Below, piece after piece: positions 1 through 9,870 of a stretch of 64,000 nucleotides of DNA (its first letter is position 1; the number at the start of each line of letters is the position of its first letter). The notes below the pieces were generated by a model, which made no database searches, was not told the origin of the DNA, and was given only the letters and a program-made list of their open reading frames with translations. A program made the translations under genes and the position numbers. Source of the DNA: Planktothrix sp. GU0601_MAG3 (GTDB lineage Bacteria > Cyanobacteriota > Cyanobacteriia > Cyanobacteriales > Microcoleaceae). Location of the stretch: positions 3,028,578-3,092,577 of the forward strand of contig CP136572.1 of assembly GCA_035193785.1 (NCBI GenBank), given 5' to 3'.

Positions 1-1528
1 GTAACACTGATTGAAAATCCCTTGCGGGTGGGGCTGCAACAAGATCGAATTCCCGAAACCCCAGATTTTAATAATTTTTGGTGCATCGGGAGACTTAACC
101 CAGAGGAAATTAGTCCCAGCCCTCTATCAGATGAAATTAGAGCGCAAACTCCCGCCAGAAATAACCATTGTCGGGGTGGCTCGTCGAGAGTGGAGCCACG
201 AATTTTTCCGCGAACACCTACGGGAAGGGGTGGCAGAATTTGGGGGCGGTTTATCTTCCCAAGCCCTTTGGGATGACTTCGCCCAGGGGATTTTTTATTG
301 TTCGGGGAATATGGATGAACCCGAAAGTTACCAAAAACTCAAAGCCTTTTTAGGGGAAATCGACGAACTGCGTCACACCAGGGGAAACCGAGTCTTTTAT
401 TTATCCGTAGCCCCACGTTTTTTTGCAGAAGCTATCCAACAATTGGGTGGAGCCGGAATGCTCTCCGACCCGAAAAAACAGCGTTTAGTCATTGAAAAAC
501 CCTTTGGTCGGGATTTGGGTTCGGCCCAAATTCTCAACCGGGTGGTGCGTCAAGTTTGTTCGGAAGAACAGGTCTATCGGATTGACCATTATTTGGGGAA
601 AGAAACCGTCCAAAACCTCATGGTGTTTCGGTTTGGCAATGCGATTTTTGAGCCAATGTGGAACCGTCAATTTGTCGATCACGTCCAAATTACCGTGGCG
701 GAAACCGTCGGTTTAGAAGGACGGGCGGGCTATTATGAAACCTCCGGGGCACTGCGGGATATGGTACAAAACCATTTGATGCAGTTATTTTCCCTGACGG
801 CGATGGAACCCCCCAACTCCCTGGACGCCGATAGCATTCGCAACGAAAAAGTTAAGGTGGTGCAAGCAACCCACCTGGCTGATACTAATTTTTTAGAATA
901 TTCTGCGGTACGGGGACAATATACCCCCGGTTGGATGAATGGCCTACAGGTTCCCGGGTATCGCTCAGAAGATGGAGCCGCCCTGGAGTCCACCACCCCA
1001 ACCTATGCCGCGTTAAAATTTTATATTGATAACTGGCGATGGAAAGGCGTCCCATTCTATCTAAGAACTGGAAAACGAATGCCGAAAAAGGTTACGGAAA
1101 TTGCCATTCAATTTAAGGAAGTTCCGTTTTTGATGTTCCAGTCGGCGGCAAAACAGGCCAACCCGAACGTTTTGGTCTTGAGAATTCAACCAAATGAGGG
1201 AATTTCCATGCGCTTTGAGGTGAAAACCCCGGGAAATTCCCTGCGGACTCGTTCCGTTGATATGGATTTTCGTTATGATACGGCTTTTGGTAAAGCGAAT
1301 ACAGATGCCTATGCCCGTTTATTGGTTGACTGTATGTTAGGCGATCAAACTCTGTTTACCCGAGGGGATGAAGTCGAAGCCTCTTGGCAAGCGCTCACCC
1401 CGGTTTTAGAAGTTTGGGATGCTCCGGCCCCGGCTGAGTCTATTCCCTTCTATGAAGCCGGAACTTGGGGGCCAGTGGAATCGGAAATTCTGCTCAACCG
1501 AGATGGCCGCCGTTGGAGAAGACTTTAA
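1..1528 (+). CDS. zwf: Glucose-6-phosphate 1-dehydrogenase (start codon just outside the window; +1 frameshift at 55)
   Basis: Motifs [19 protein letters not shown] and EKPFGRDL. Position 1 reads [19 protein letters not shown] and joins the main frame when GAAAC at 55 is read as GAAC. Confidence 0.97.
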
Positions 1529-1534
1529 TCAGTC

Positions 1535-1797
1535 ATCAGTGTAGAGACGTGCCATGGCGCGTCTGTATTAGTTATCAGTGTAAGAATTATCAGTGTAAGA
1601 GTTAAGAGTTTGATCAACTGTTTCTCGATCATTTCTTTTCTTTACTGATAACTAATAACTGGTACGGGCGGGTTCTTTTAGCTCTTTGTGAATTACCGCG
1701 CATCTTGATGAACCCGCCCCTACAACTGATGACTAATGACTGATGACTAATAACGGATAACTAATACAGACGCGCCATGGCACGTCTCTACACTGAT
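1535..1797. repeat. Nested REP-like inverted repeats between zwf and opcA
   Basis: A perfect 42-bp inverted repeat (1535-1576 / 1756-1797) contains GTAGAGACGTGCCATGGCGCGTCT. An inner pair GTACGGGCGGGTTC (1662) / GAACCCGCCCCTAC (1710) and short degenerate heptamer repeats lie between the arms. Confidence 0.9.
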
Positions 1798-1812
1798 TAC
1801 TGATAACTGATT

Positions 1813-3142
1813 ATGACTACACCACTTGTTGCGTTACAAAAACCCAAAGATATTTCCCTCAGTCAAATCGAGGCTGAGTTAGGCAGTATTTGGCTGAGTC
1901 AGAATATGGGAAATGGGAAAACCACCGCCATTGCCACCCGGGCGGCTACCTTTAGTATGGTGGTTTATGAGCCCGAAGAATTTCAACAATTGTTAGGAGC
2001 TTTAGGGTTTTATCTCGACAGTATTGATGGAATTCATGGAACATCAACCCGGGATGCGATTAAAAAAGCTCAGAAAACTTATGGTTTACCGATTAACGGG
2101 CGAGTTGACCCCGGTACATTGCTAAAATTACGCGAAGAATTTGCCAAACTTCCCCCCGCAAATCAAGTTATTCCGAATCTGGATGGACGGGGATTTAGTA
2201 TTAGTGAAACCATTGCCGCTCAAAATCCCTGTCGGATTATTACTTTGTGTCCAATTTTAGGAGAGGATACCGGAGTCACAGCCCAGGTTTCCGCCTACTG
2301 CCCGATTCAGAAAAAAAGTGAGGAGGGGTTAGTCTGTTGTGAATATATTACCCTCAGAGGCACAAAAGCAGCCCTAGAACGGGTGGGAAATGTGGTTTCT
2401 TCCCTGATGATTCCCGATTTACCTAAGTTTGTTTGGTGGAAAGCCACACCTAACCCGGAGCAGGAATTGTTTAAACAATTAGCGGGTTGTTGTAATTGTG
2501 TGATTGTGGATTCCTCTTATTTTAGTGATCCAGAATCGGAATTGTTAAAAATGAACGATTTGATTGAACAGGAAACCTATATTGCTGACCTGAATTGGCA
2601 TCGACTTTCCCCTTGGCAAGAATTAACTGCCTCTGCCTTTGACCCCCCAGAACGCAGAGCTTCCTTGGTCGAAATTGATAATATCACCATTGACTACGAA
2701 AAAGGCAATGCGGCTCAGGCCTTAATGTTCTTGGGGTGGTTTGCAAGTCGTTTAGAATGGAAACCCGTTTCTTTTGTCGCTCAAGGTGGGGATTATGATT
2801 TAAAACATATTGAGTTTATTGGGCCGAATAATAAAAAAATCATGGCGGAAACTGGCCGCAATTCCCACGGCGGATTATGGTGAAATTCCTGGGGATTTAG
2901 TGGGGTTACGGTTAACTTCTAGTAATCCTAGCGCCAACTGCTGCACGATTTTATGTTCGGAAACCACCGGATGTATGCGGATGGAAGCCGGAGGAAGTGC
3001 CCAATCTTGTCGGACTGAACAAGTGACCGCCGCCACGGATCAAAAAGCGGAATCCCTGATGGCTCAACAGTTACAGCGTTGGGGACGGGATGTTCTCTAT
3101 GAGGAAAGTCTGGATCTAACGGCTAAAATTCTGAAGTTATAA
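1813..3142 (+). CDS. opcA: G6PD assembly protein OpcA with PG-binding-like insert (+1 frameshift at 2848)
   Basis: Lies directly downstream of zwf. Motifs RAATFSMVVYEPEE, DLPKFVWW and DLNWHRLSPWQEL. ORFs 1813..2883 and 2810..3142 fuse after a 1-nt correction. Confidence 0.93.
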
Positions 3143-3184
3143 TCAGTTTAGATTAATTTCAATTGAGAATAGCCCCCTTTGTTG

Positions 3185-3207
3185 CACCCCATCATGGGGT
3201 GTTTTTT
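3185..3207 (+). terminator. Rho-independent terminator after opcA
   Basis: Hairpin CACCCCAT-C-ATGGGGTG followed by a T-run. Confidence 0.6.
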
Positions 3208-3467
3208 GTTAAGTCCGCCATTAGTTGTGATGGGTGTCATTGTCAAATCGTGATCAATCACCGTAAAATATAATCTAAATAGTTCCGTATAAGTTTAGAT
3301 ACTCAACAGGTTGGGGGTATTGTATCTTTTGTTTCCCTTTGGGAAGCATTCAAAATAAATCCGTTGATCAACGGTTATGAACATTTATCATTACGTTGAG
3401 TTGAGATAGTAATTTGCTTTTTGCTGGAACAATTTCGATTGATCCATAAATCATAATCCCATTCAAT

Positions 3468-4814
3468 ATGCACTCCAACTCATTCAAGGAAACCACCATA
3501 CTAATTGTCGATGATAGCCCAACAAACCTTAATTTATTATCAGGTTTCATTGAGAATTGTGGCTGGAGAATTTTGATTGCAAACCATAGCAATCAAGCAA
3601 TTCAAGTTGCGGAAACTGAACAACCTGATTTGATTTTATTAGATGTGGTAATGCCCGAAACCGATGGGTTTGAAACCTGCAAATACCTCAAAAGTCATGC
3701 TTCAACCTATGATATTCCGATCATTTTTATGACCGCAGTGGCGGATGATTTAGAGAAGGTTAGGGGATTATCAATCGGGGCTGTGGATTATATTACTAAA
3801 CCGTTTAAGGCCGAAGAAGTTATTGCTAGGATAAAAATTCATTTGAAAATTAGCTCTTTAACACAACAATTATTAGAAAAAAATCAAGAATTAGAGCAGC
3901 GAGTTTTAGAACGAACGGCCGAATTATCTCAAGTATTAGAAGATTTAAAACAGTCTCAAATGCAATTGGTACAAAGCGAAAAAATGTCAACTTTAGGACA
4001 TTTAATTGCCGGAGTAGCCCATGAAATTAATAATCCGATTAACTTTATTGCAGGTAATTTGAATCATGCTAATATTTATATTAAGGATTTAATTCAGCAT
4101 TTAAAACTGTATCAAAGTTATTATCCTAATGTCGATGATTCTATTCTTGCCCATGCTGAATCTATTGATTTAGACTATTTAATTGAAGATTTACCTAAAT
4201 TGATTTCTTCTATGAAATTAGGGACGGATCGGATTTCTAATATTAGTACCAGTTTACGCACTTTTTCCAGGAGTGATATTAAGGTTCAAGTCCCTTTTAA
4301 TATTCATGATGGGTTAGAAAGTACCCTATTAATCCTGAAACATTTATTACAAGCAACCGATCACCGTCCCGATATTAAAGTGATTAAAAAGTATGGTCAA
4401 ATGCCTTTAGTTGACTGTTATCCAGGGCAATTAAATCAGGTTTTTATGAATTTAATTAATAATGCTATTGATGCCTTAAATGAATCCAGTGCCACTAAAT
4501 CCTATCAAGAATTACTACAACATCCAAATCAAATTATTATTTCAACCTATCTGGTTTCTAATAGTCGGGCTGTTGCTGTTTCTATCCGGGATAATGGTAC
4601 AGGAATGTCTGAAGATACTAAAAAATGTGCCTTTGATTATTTATTTACCACTAAACCCGTAGGAAAAGGCACGGGACTGGGACTATCTATTAGTCGCAAG
4701 ATTATTGAAGATACCCACAAAGGGCGATTATTATGTCATTCTCAGTTAGGAAAAGGATCGGAATTTATTATCGAGATTCCAATTTGTAAAGAATTAGGAA
4801 TCAGTAATCAGTAA
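3468..4814 (+). CDS. Hybrid receiver domain / histidine kinase
   Basis: Receiver motifs ILIVDD and DLILLDVVMP; H-box AHEINNP; N-box QVFMNLINNA; G-box GKGTGLGL. Confidence 0.92.
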   Translation: MHSNSFKETTILIVDDSPTNLNLLSGFIENCGWRILIANHSNQAIQVAETEQPDLILLDVVMPETDGFETCKYLKSHASTYDIPIIFMTAVADDLEKVRGLSIGAVDYITKPFKAEEVIARIKIHLKISSLTQQLLEKNQELEQRVLERTAELSQVLEDLKQSQMQLVQSEKMSTLGHLIAGVAHEINNPINFIAGNLNHANIYIKDLIQHLKLYQSYYPNVDDSILAHAESIDLDYLIEDLPKLISSMKLGTDRISNISTSLRTFSRSDIKVQVPFNIHDGLESTLLILKHLLQATDHRPDIKVIKKYGQMPLVDCYPGQLNQVFMNLINNAIDALNESSATKSYQELLQHPNQIIISTYLVSNSRAVAVSIRDNGTGMSEDTKKCAFDYLFTTKPVGKGTGLGLSISRKIIEDTHKGRLLCHSQLGKGSEFIIEIPICKELGISNQ

Positions 4815-4853
4815 TCAGTAATCAGTATAGAGACGCGCCATGGCGAGTCTCTA
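4800..4853. repeat. ATCAGTA heptamer x4 followed by a REP palindrome
   Basis: Tandem ATCAGTA, then TAGAGACGCGCCATGGCGAGTCTCTA, the same family as the copies at 1541, 1765 and 8952. Confidence 0.8.
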
Positions 4854-4889
4854 CTATCAGACCCGACATAGGAATTAAAGCCAAAAATA

Positions 4890-6372
4890 ATGACTGATAC
4901 AAAATATAAATTTCAATTCAAAGTATCAAGTTTTACTTTGGGAATGATCTCAATATTTATTGGATCTATTCTTTTAAGATTTTGGGGTTTAGACCGATTT
5001 AATAGTCTGGTTTTTGATGAAGTTTATTATGCCAAATTCGCCAATAATTATTTAACTCAAACTCCTTTTTTTAATTCCCATCCTCCCCTGGGTCAATATT
5101 TAATTGCCATGGGAATTTGGCTCGGATCTAAATTACCCTTCGGACAAGAAACCATTAATAACTTAACAGGTTCGACCCTATCCACTTGGAGTTATCGGTG
5201 GTTTAATGCTTTATTTGGCTCGTTTATTCCTTTAATTGTAGGGGCGATCGCCTATCAACTTACCCAACGTCGTAGCTATACTTTAATTGCCACCTTATTA
5301 ATGGCAACAGATGGATTATTTATCGTAGAATCTCGCTATGCTCTGAGTAATATTTATATTGTATTTTTTGGATTATTAGGACAACTATTTTTTTTAAAAG
5401 CTTTATATAAACAAGGAATTAACCGTTGGTTTTGGATGGTTTTAGCAGGAATCGGATTAGGAGCAGCCGCCCTAACTAAATGGAATGGATTAGGATTTTT
5501 ATTGGGAATTTATTTAATCTTAATAGTCTCTGGATTGGTTCAATATTTTACCAAAAATTCAAACCAATTAATCCCAGAAACATCCTTTAAATCTCCCTTG
5601 CAGAATCTAAATAAACTCACCCCAATTATTATTCTAGTTACCTTAATTATTATTCCTATTATGGTTTATTGGATTGGTTGGCTTCCCCATTTACAACAAA
5701 ATCCAGATCCGCCCTTTTGGGGTCTGCAAGCCAAAATTTGGGCTTATCATCACGACTTGGGAGATGGGGCAAAAGTTCATCCCTACTGTTCTAAATGGTA
5801 CAGTTGGATTCTGATGTTACGACCCATTGCCTATTTTTATCAGAAAGTTGATGGAAACAACTCCCCTTGATCCGACTTTACCCTTAATTGATCCCGATCA
5901 ACTTCCCATTGTTTATTCAGTTTATGCGATGGGAAATCCCTTTTTATGGTGGTTATCTACCTTAGCCAGTCTGTTATTATGTGGGATGTTAATTCAACGA
6001 GTTTGGATAGCTTTATCTGTAAGATTTTCCTCTTTAAGACCTAGATTATCCCTGGAATTTCCGCCGACACCGGAACTGTGGTTGGCTCTATTTTTAAGTT
6101 TGAATTGGTTAGCAAATTTATTACCCTGGGTGAGAGTCACTCGCTGTTTATTTATTTATCACTATATGACCGGATTTGTGTTTAGCTGTATGGCTTTGGC
6201 TTGGTGGTTAGAAAGATGGTTATATAGTCAGAACCAAAAATTTCGGTGGCTAGGAGGTGTGGGTATATTCCTGGTTTTATTTGGTTTTTTCTATTGGATG
6301 CCCTTATATTTAGGACTGCCTTTGTCCCCTTCACAATGGAAACTGCGGATGTGGTTTCCATCTTGGGTTTAG
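4890..6372 (+). CDS. Phospholipid carrier-dependent glycosyltransferase (PMT/GT39-like; +1 frameshift at 5854)
   Basis: Motifs FDEVYY, HPPLG and HPYCSKWYSW; multiple TM helices. Two ORFs fuse after a 1-nt correction. Confidence 0.88.
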
Positions 6373-6534
6373 TTTTTGGAATTGATCATAATTCAGAACA
6401 GAAGGTGAGATTAATCACATAAATTGGTAATAATGATCACAAATAATCTTGACAGATATTGCGGAAAGTAAAAGCTGGATAGTGAATACTTGTAATAGGT
6501 TCTAAAAATAATAGGTTCTAAAAAATATTATCTT

Positions 6535-6759
6535 ATGAATACCAATAATTCCGATCCTAAACAATATTCTGTACTAGAAGCCCAACAAAAACAATTAGAT
6601 GCGATCGCGAAACTGGCGGTTTTAAGTTTAACGTGGTCTTTGGTGGGCCTATCCAAAGAAAATAGACCTGCCGCCAACCCCAAAAGGGCTGTTTCTGAAA
6701 TCCATATCAACTTGTCTGGACTCAAAGATGGGGTTTCTCCCTCTGAGTTGCCCCCATAA
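6535..6759 (+). CDS. Small hypothetical protein
   Basis: 74-aa ATG-initiated ORF with no recognised motif. Confidence 0.4.
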   Translation: MNTNNSDPKQYSVLEAQQKQLDAIAKLAVLSLTWSLVGLSKENRPAANPKRAVSEIHINLSGLKDGVSPSELPP

Positions 6760-6857
6760 GCTGAGGCCATCTAAGTTTTAGGGAACGGTATGATCTGGGG
6801 CAAGGACATATTAAACTAAATTATGGATTGGTTAATACCCCAAGGAGAACACCGGAC

Positions 6858-7065
6858 GTGGCAATCGAAATTGGTCAAAGAGTCAAGATTCGTCGAGTCA
6901 TAGAGCGAGTCCCTGCCGATATTATCGCTCAACTCAAGCAAAATCCTTTTGGAACTGTCAAAGGCTTCAAAATGGTGGATGGGAGTGGAGTTGGTTTTAT
7001 TGTCCAACTCGATAATAAAGCAGCAACTTGGTTCTTTGAAGATGAAACTAGAAGTTTCTCGTTAA
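6858..7065 (+). CDS. petP: Cytochrome b6f-associated protein PetP (DUF2862; +1 frameshift at 7044)
   Basis: Motifs EIGQRVKI, GFKMVDGSGVG and TWFFEDE; AGGAG upstream of a GTG start; the corrected end reads ELEVSR*. Confidence 0.8.
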
Positions 7066-7180
7066 TATTCCCTGACTGTGGGGGACGGGAAATATTAAGA
7101 GGATGATCTGCAAGTTTGGCTTCGGGCTATTGTGGATCATCCCCTTGATTTTTGGAAATTGTTGAAAAACAGGGAACACC

Positions 7181-7271
7181 GGAACACCGGATCTGGGGTA
7201 ATACTTCTGACTGTTTCATGTCAGTATTGAAATGTTACAACCTCCGTCTCGAAGGCGCGGATTGCTATATA
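7181..7271. repeat. 91-bp dispersed repeat (right part of a MITE-like element)
   Basis: Matches 55425-55515 with one mismatch and ends in GGATTGCTATAT. Confidence 0.85.
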
Positions 7272-7741
7272 TGACTATTATCGGAATCGGGTAAATAATC
7301 AATGTTTAGTGTTTCCTCAATAGAAAATGGACAATTTTCAGGAAAAGAAGAACGGGGTAAACCTGTTTCTGCGGCTGCTAATTTCTTAGCACCTTGATAA
7401 CATTGTATAAAAATATTTTCTAAAAATGGTTTGAGACTGGGACTGTTTTCGAGTGTATCTTCAATCCTTTGACGATGCTCAATGATGGTATATTGCCAAA
7501 TATTAGAACGTTTTTCTGGCTGAAATCTATATTTCAGTAAGTGCATTAATAAAATCCTTAGATTACTTTTTAAGGCATTTTTATCATTTTTTCCCATACT
7601 GTCTAATTCTTCAATTAAATTTTGACAATCTAATTCTTCAAAATGTTTGCTTTCTAGTAATTGAATCGTTTGCTGTACCCATAAATGGAAATCTTGTTCA
7701 TAAAGTTGGTTGAGTTTGAGTGATAATTCAGAGTTCATCAA
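7265..7741 (-). CDS. DUF29 family protein
   Basis: Motifs LYEQDFHLW, NLIEELDSMG, LLMHLLKY, SPSLKP and FPENCPFS. Confidence 0.9.
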   Translation of the reverse strand: MMNSELSLKLNQLYEQDFHLWVQQTIQLLESKHFEELDCQNLIEELDSMGKNDKNALKSNLRILLMHLLKYRFQPEKRSNIWQYTIIEHRQRIEDTLENSPSLKPFLENIFIQCYQGAKKLAAAETGLPRSSFPENCPFSIEETLNIDYLPDSDNSHI

Positions 7742-7845
7742 ATTAGCTCCTTGATGAGTTGAAAATATACCGGATTGCCGTATACCTATTCTAATTGTTT
7801 TGTTGTAGGATCAAGTTTCCATGAACGAGATTAGGAAAATCATAA

Positions 7846-8940
7846 ATGGCCTTAACATTAACATTTTTGGGTAAGGGGGGTACGGGTCGGACAACACTGG
7901 CGATCGCAGCCGCTCAACAATTAGCCGCCAGTGGGAAGCGGGTATTATTAGTGGGACAAGATGGCAGTCCCGCCTGGAATATCCTGCTAGAAACGGAAGT
8001 GGGGTGTGATCCAACGGAAATCGCCACCCATTTGAAAGCCGTGCAATTGAAAAGTGCCGTGTTACTCGAACGCAGTTGGGAGGAAGTGAAGAAGCTGGAA
8101 ACCCAATATGTTCGTACCCCATTTTTTAGGAATGTTTATGGTCAGGAATTGGGGGTTTTGCCTGGGATGGATAGCGCCCTGGCCCTCAATGCCATTCGTG
8201 AATATGATGCCAGTGGCGAATATGATGTAATTGTTTATGATGGGTTAGCCAGTCAAGATACCTTGAGAATGTTAGGAATGCCAGAGATTTTAAGCTGGTA
8301 TTTACGCCGTTTTCGGAATGTATTTATGGAGTCGGATTTAGGAAAAAACCTCTCTCCTTTTGTGCAACCGATAGCTAGTAGTATTCTGAATATTGATATT
8401 TCTGGAGATACTTTTGCCCAACCGACTCAAGACATGAATAATATCTTGGAGCAGGGGAAAACGGCGGTATCCGATCCCCGACGGGTGGCGGCTTATTTAG
8501 TTAGTACCCAAGATGAATTGGCGATCGCCACGGCCAGATATTTATGGGGAAGCGCACAACAGGCGGGACTGACCGTGGGTGGGGTGCTGTTAAACCAAAC
8601 ATCGCTGACAGAGGCGATCACCGAAGCCTTTGATCCGTTAAAAGTCAGTGTCATTCCCCCCCGTTCGGGTCAAAGTTGGCAACCTCTGATCGAGTCTTTA
8701 CCCGATTTTACCCAGGCTGGGTTAGCTCCCAAACCAATCAGCATTGATGTGGCACAACGCAAGGTAAACCTGTTTCTGCCCAGTTTTGATAAAAAACAAG
8801 TCAAGCTAACGCAATACGGCCCAGAAGTCACGATAGAAGCCGGAGATCAGCGGCGGAATATCTTTCTTCCCCCAGCCTTGACCGGAAAACCCGTAACTGG
8901 AGCCAAGTTTCAAAACGGTTATTTAACAATTAGCTTTTAA
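7846..8940 (+). CDS. ArsA/Get3-family ATPase with C-terminal HSP20-like domain
   Basis: FLGKGGTGRTT P-loop, ELGVLPGMD, and C-terminal LTQYGPEVTIEAGDQRRNI. Confidence 0.88.
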   Translation: MALTLTFLGKGGTGRTTLAIAAAQQLAASGKRVLLVGQDGSPAWNILLETEVGCDPTEIATHLKAVQLKSAVLLERSWEEVKKLETQYVRTPFFRNVYGQELGVLPGMDSALALNAIREYDASGEYDVIVYDGLASQDTLRMLGMPEILSWYLRRFRNVFMESDLGKNLSPFVQPIASSILNIDISGDTFAQPTQDMNNILEQGKTAVSDPRRVAAYLVSTQDELAIATARYLWGSAQQAGLTVGGVLLNQTSLTEAITEAFDPLKVSVIPPRSGQSWQPLIESLPDFTQAGLAPKPISIDVAQRKVNLFLPSFDKKQVKLTQYGPEVTIEAGDQRRNIFLPPALTGKPVTGAKFQNGYLTISF

Positions 8941-8951
8941 TCAGTCATCAT

Positions 8952-9132
8952 GTAGAGACGTGCCATGGCGCGTCTCCAATGGCGCGTCTCCAATGGCTCG
9001 TCTCCAATGGCTCGTCTCCAATGGCGCGTCTCCAATGGCGCGTCTCCAATGGCTCGTCTCCAATGGCTCGTCTCCAATGGCGCGTCTCCAATGGCGCGTC
9101 TCCAATGGCGCGTCTCCAATGGCGCGTCTCCA
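8952..9132. repeat. REP palindrome with its right arm amplified as 12 x 14-bp tandem units
   Basis: GTAGAGACGTGCC followed by ATGGC(G/T)CGTCTCCA x12 (8965-9132). Confidence 0.95.
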
Positions 9133-9154
9133 GCAGTCATCTCACCTATTACTC

Positions 9155-9207
9155 ATTCGTAATTCGTAATTCGTAATTCGTAATTCGTAATTCGTAATTC
9201 GTAATTC
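9155..9207. repeat. Heptamer tandem repeat ATTCGTA x7 (STRR-like)
   Basis: Seen directly; the same unit recurs near 14565. Confidence 0.9.
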
Positions 9208-9218
9208 CCTTAAACGAA

Positions 9219-9629
9219 TTATTGATGGGGATCGGAATAATAGGAATCCGGTAAAAACTCGACTTGAGGATCAATATTTTGACCATTTAAGTTTAATTTA
9301 TCACCAATAGTAACAGCAAGTCCGAGGAATAAAAGACTACTAATAATGGCCAAAAGTGGTAATCCCCGGGTTAAACTTAAATCCCGTCGAATGCGGGCAA
9401 AGGGATGACTTTGGCGTCGGAGCATTTGGGCAACGGCACATTGCTGGAGACAAAAGGGATCTCGCACATAATGACCACTATGACTCATGACAAAATGGGT
9501 ATGGCAGTGGGGGCAAGTAAAGAGTCCACCTAACATTCCAATTGAGGGCAAAATGCTAGTATGATGGCAAATTGGGCAGGTAACAGAATGGGTGTTAAAG
9601 GTATCTGCGTTCATAATAACTGGACTCAA
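9219..9629 (-). CDS. Hypothetical Zn-ribbon membrane protein
   Basis: CPIC...CPHC plus a C-terminal hydrophobic helix. Confidence 0.7.
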   Translation of the reverse strand: MSPVIMNADTFNTHSVTCPICHHTSILPSIGMLGGLFTCPHCHTHFVMSHSGHYVRDPFCLQQCAVAQMLRRQSHPFARIRRDLSLTRGLPLLAIISSLLFLGLAVTIGDKLNLNGQNIDPQVEFLPDSYYSDPHQ

Positions 9630-9870
9630 ACGTAGAAAATTAAAGGTTTGTCGAAACTTGGGAACACTGTAACAGCTTGGGCAGTGAGTTATCTTCGTTG
9701 CTTTCTATCACTTCTAGTCTACCTCTAAGGTAGGAGAGTTTATCAAGGAGAAACATTAATATTTGTAGAGCAAAAACCACCCACCCTCAACTCCGACCCA
9801 AGAGGGGCGATAAATCAGTTAAACTTTATTCAGAGATTTTGAACATCGCAAAAAGGGGTTTGGGCATCGC

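Noticed and set aside
7846..8940. Arsenite resistance ATPase ArsA
   Set aside because: It has a single ATPase domain with an HSP20-like tail and no ars operon. It matches the known cyanobacterial Get3-like family.
8937..9176. ORFs with MARLQW / RHWRRAIG repeats, and a possible CRISPR array
   Set aside because: These are translations of a 14-bp tandem repeat. There are no unique spacers and no cas genes.
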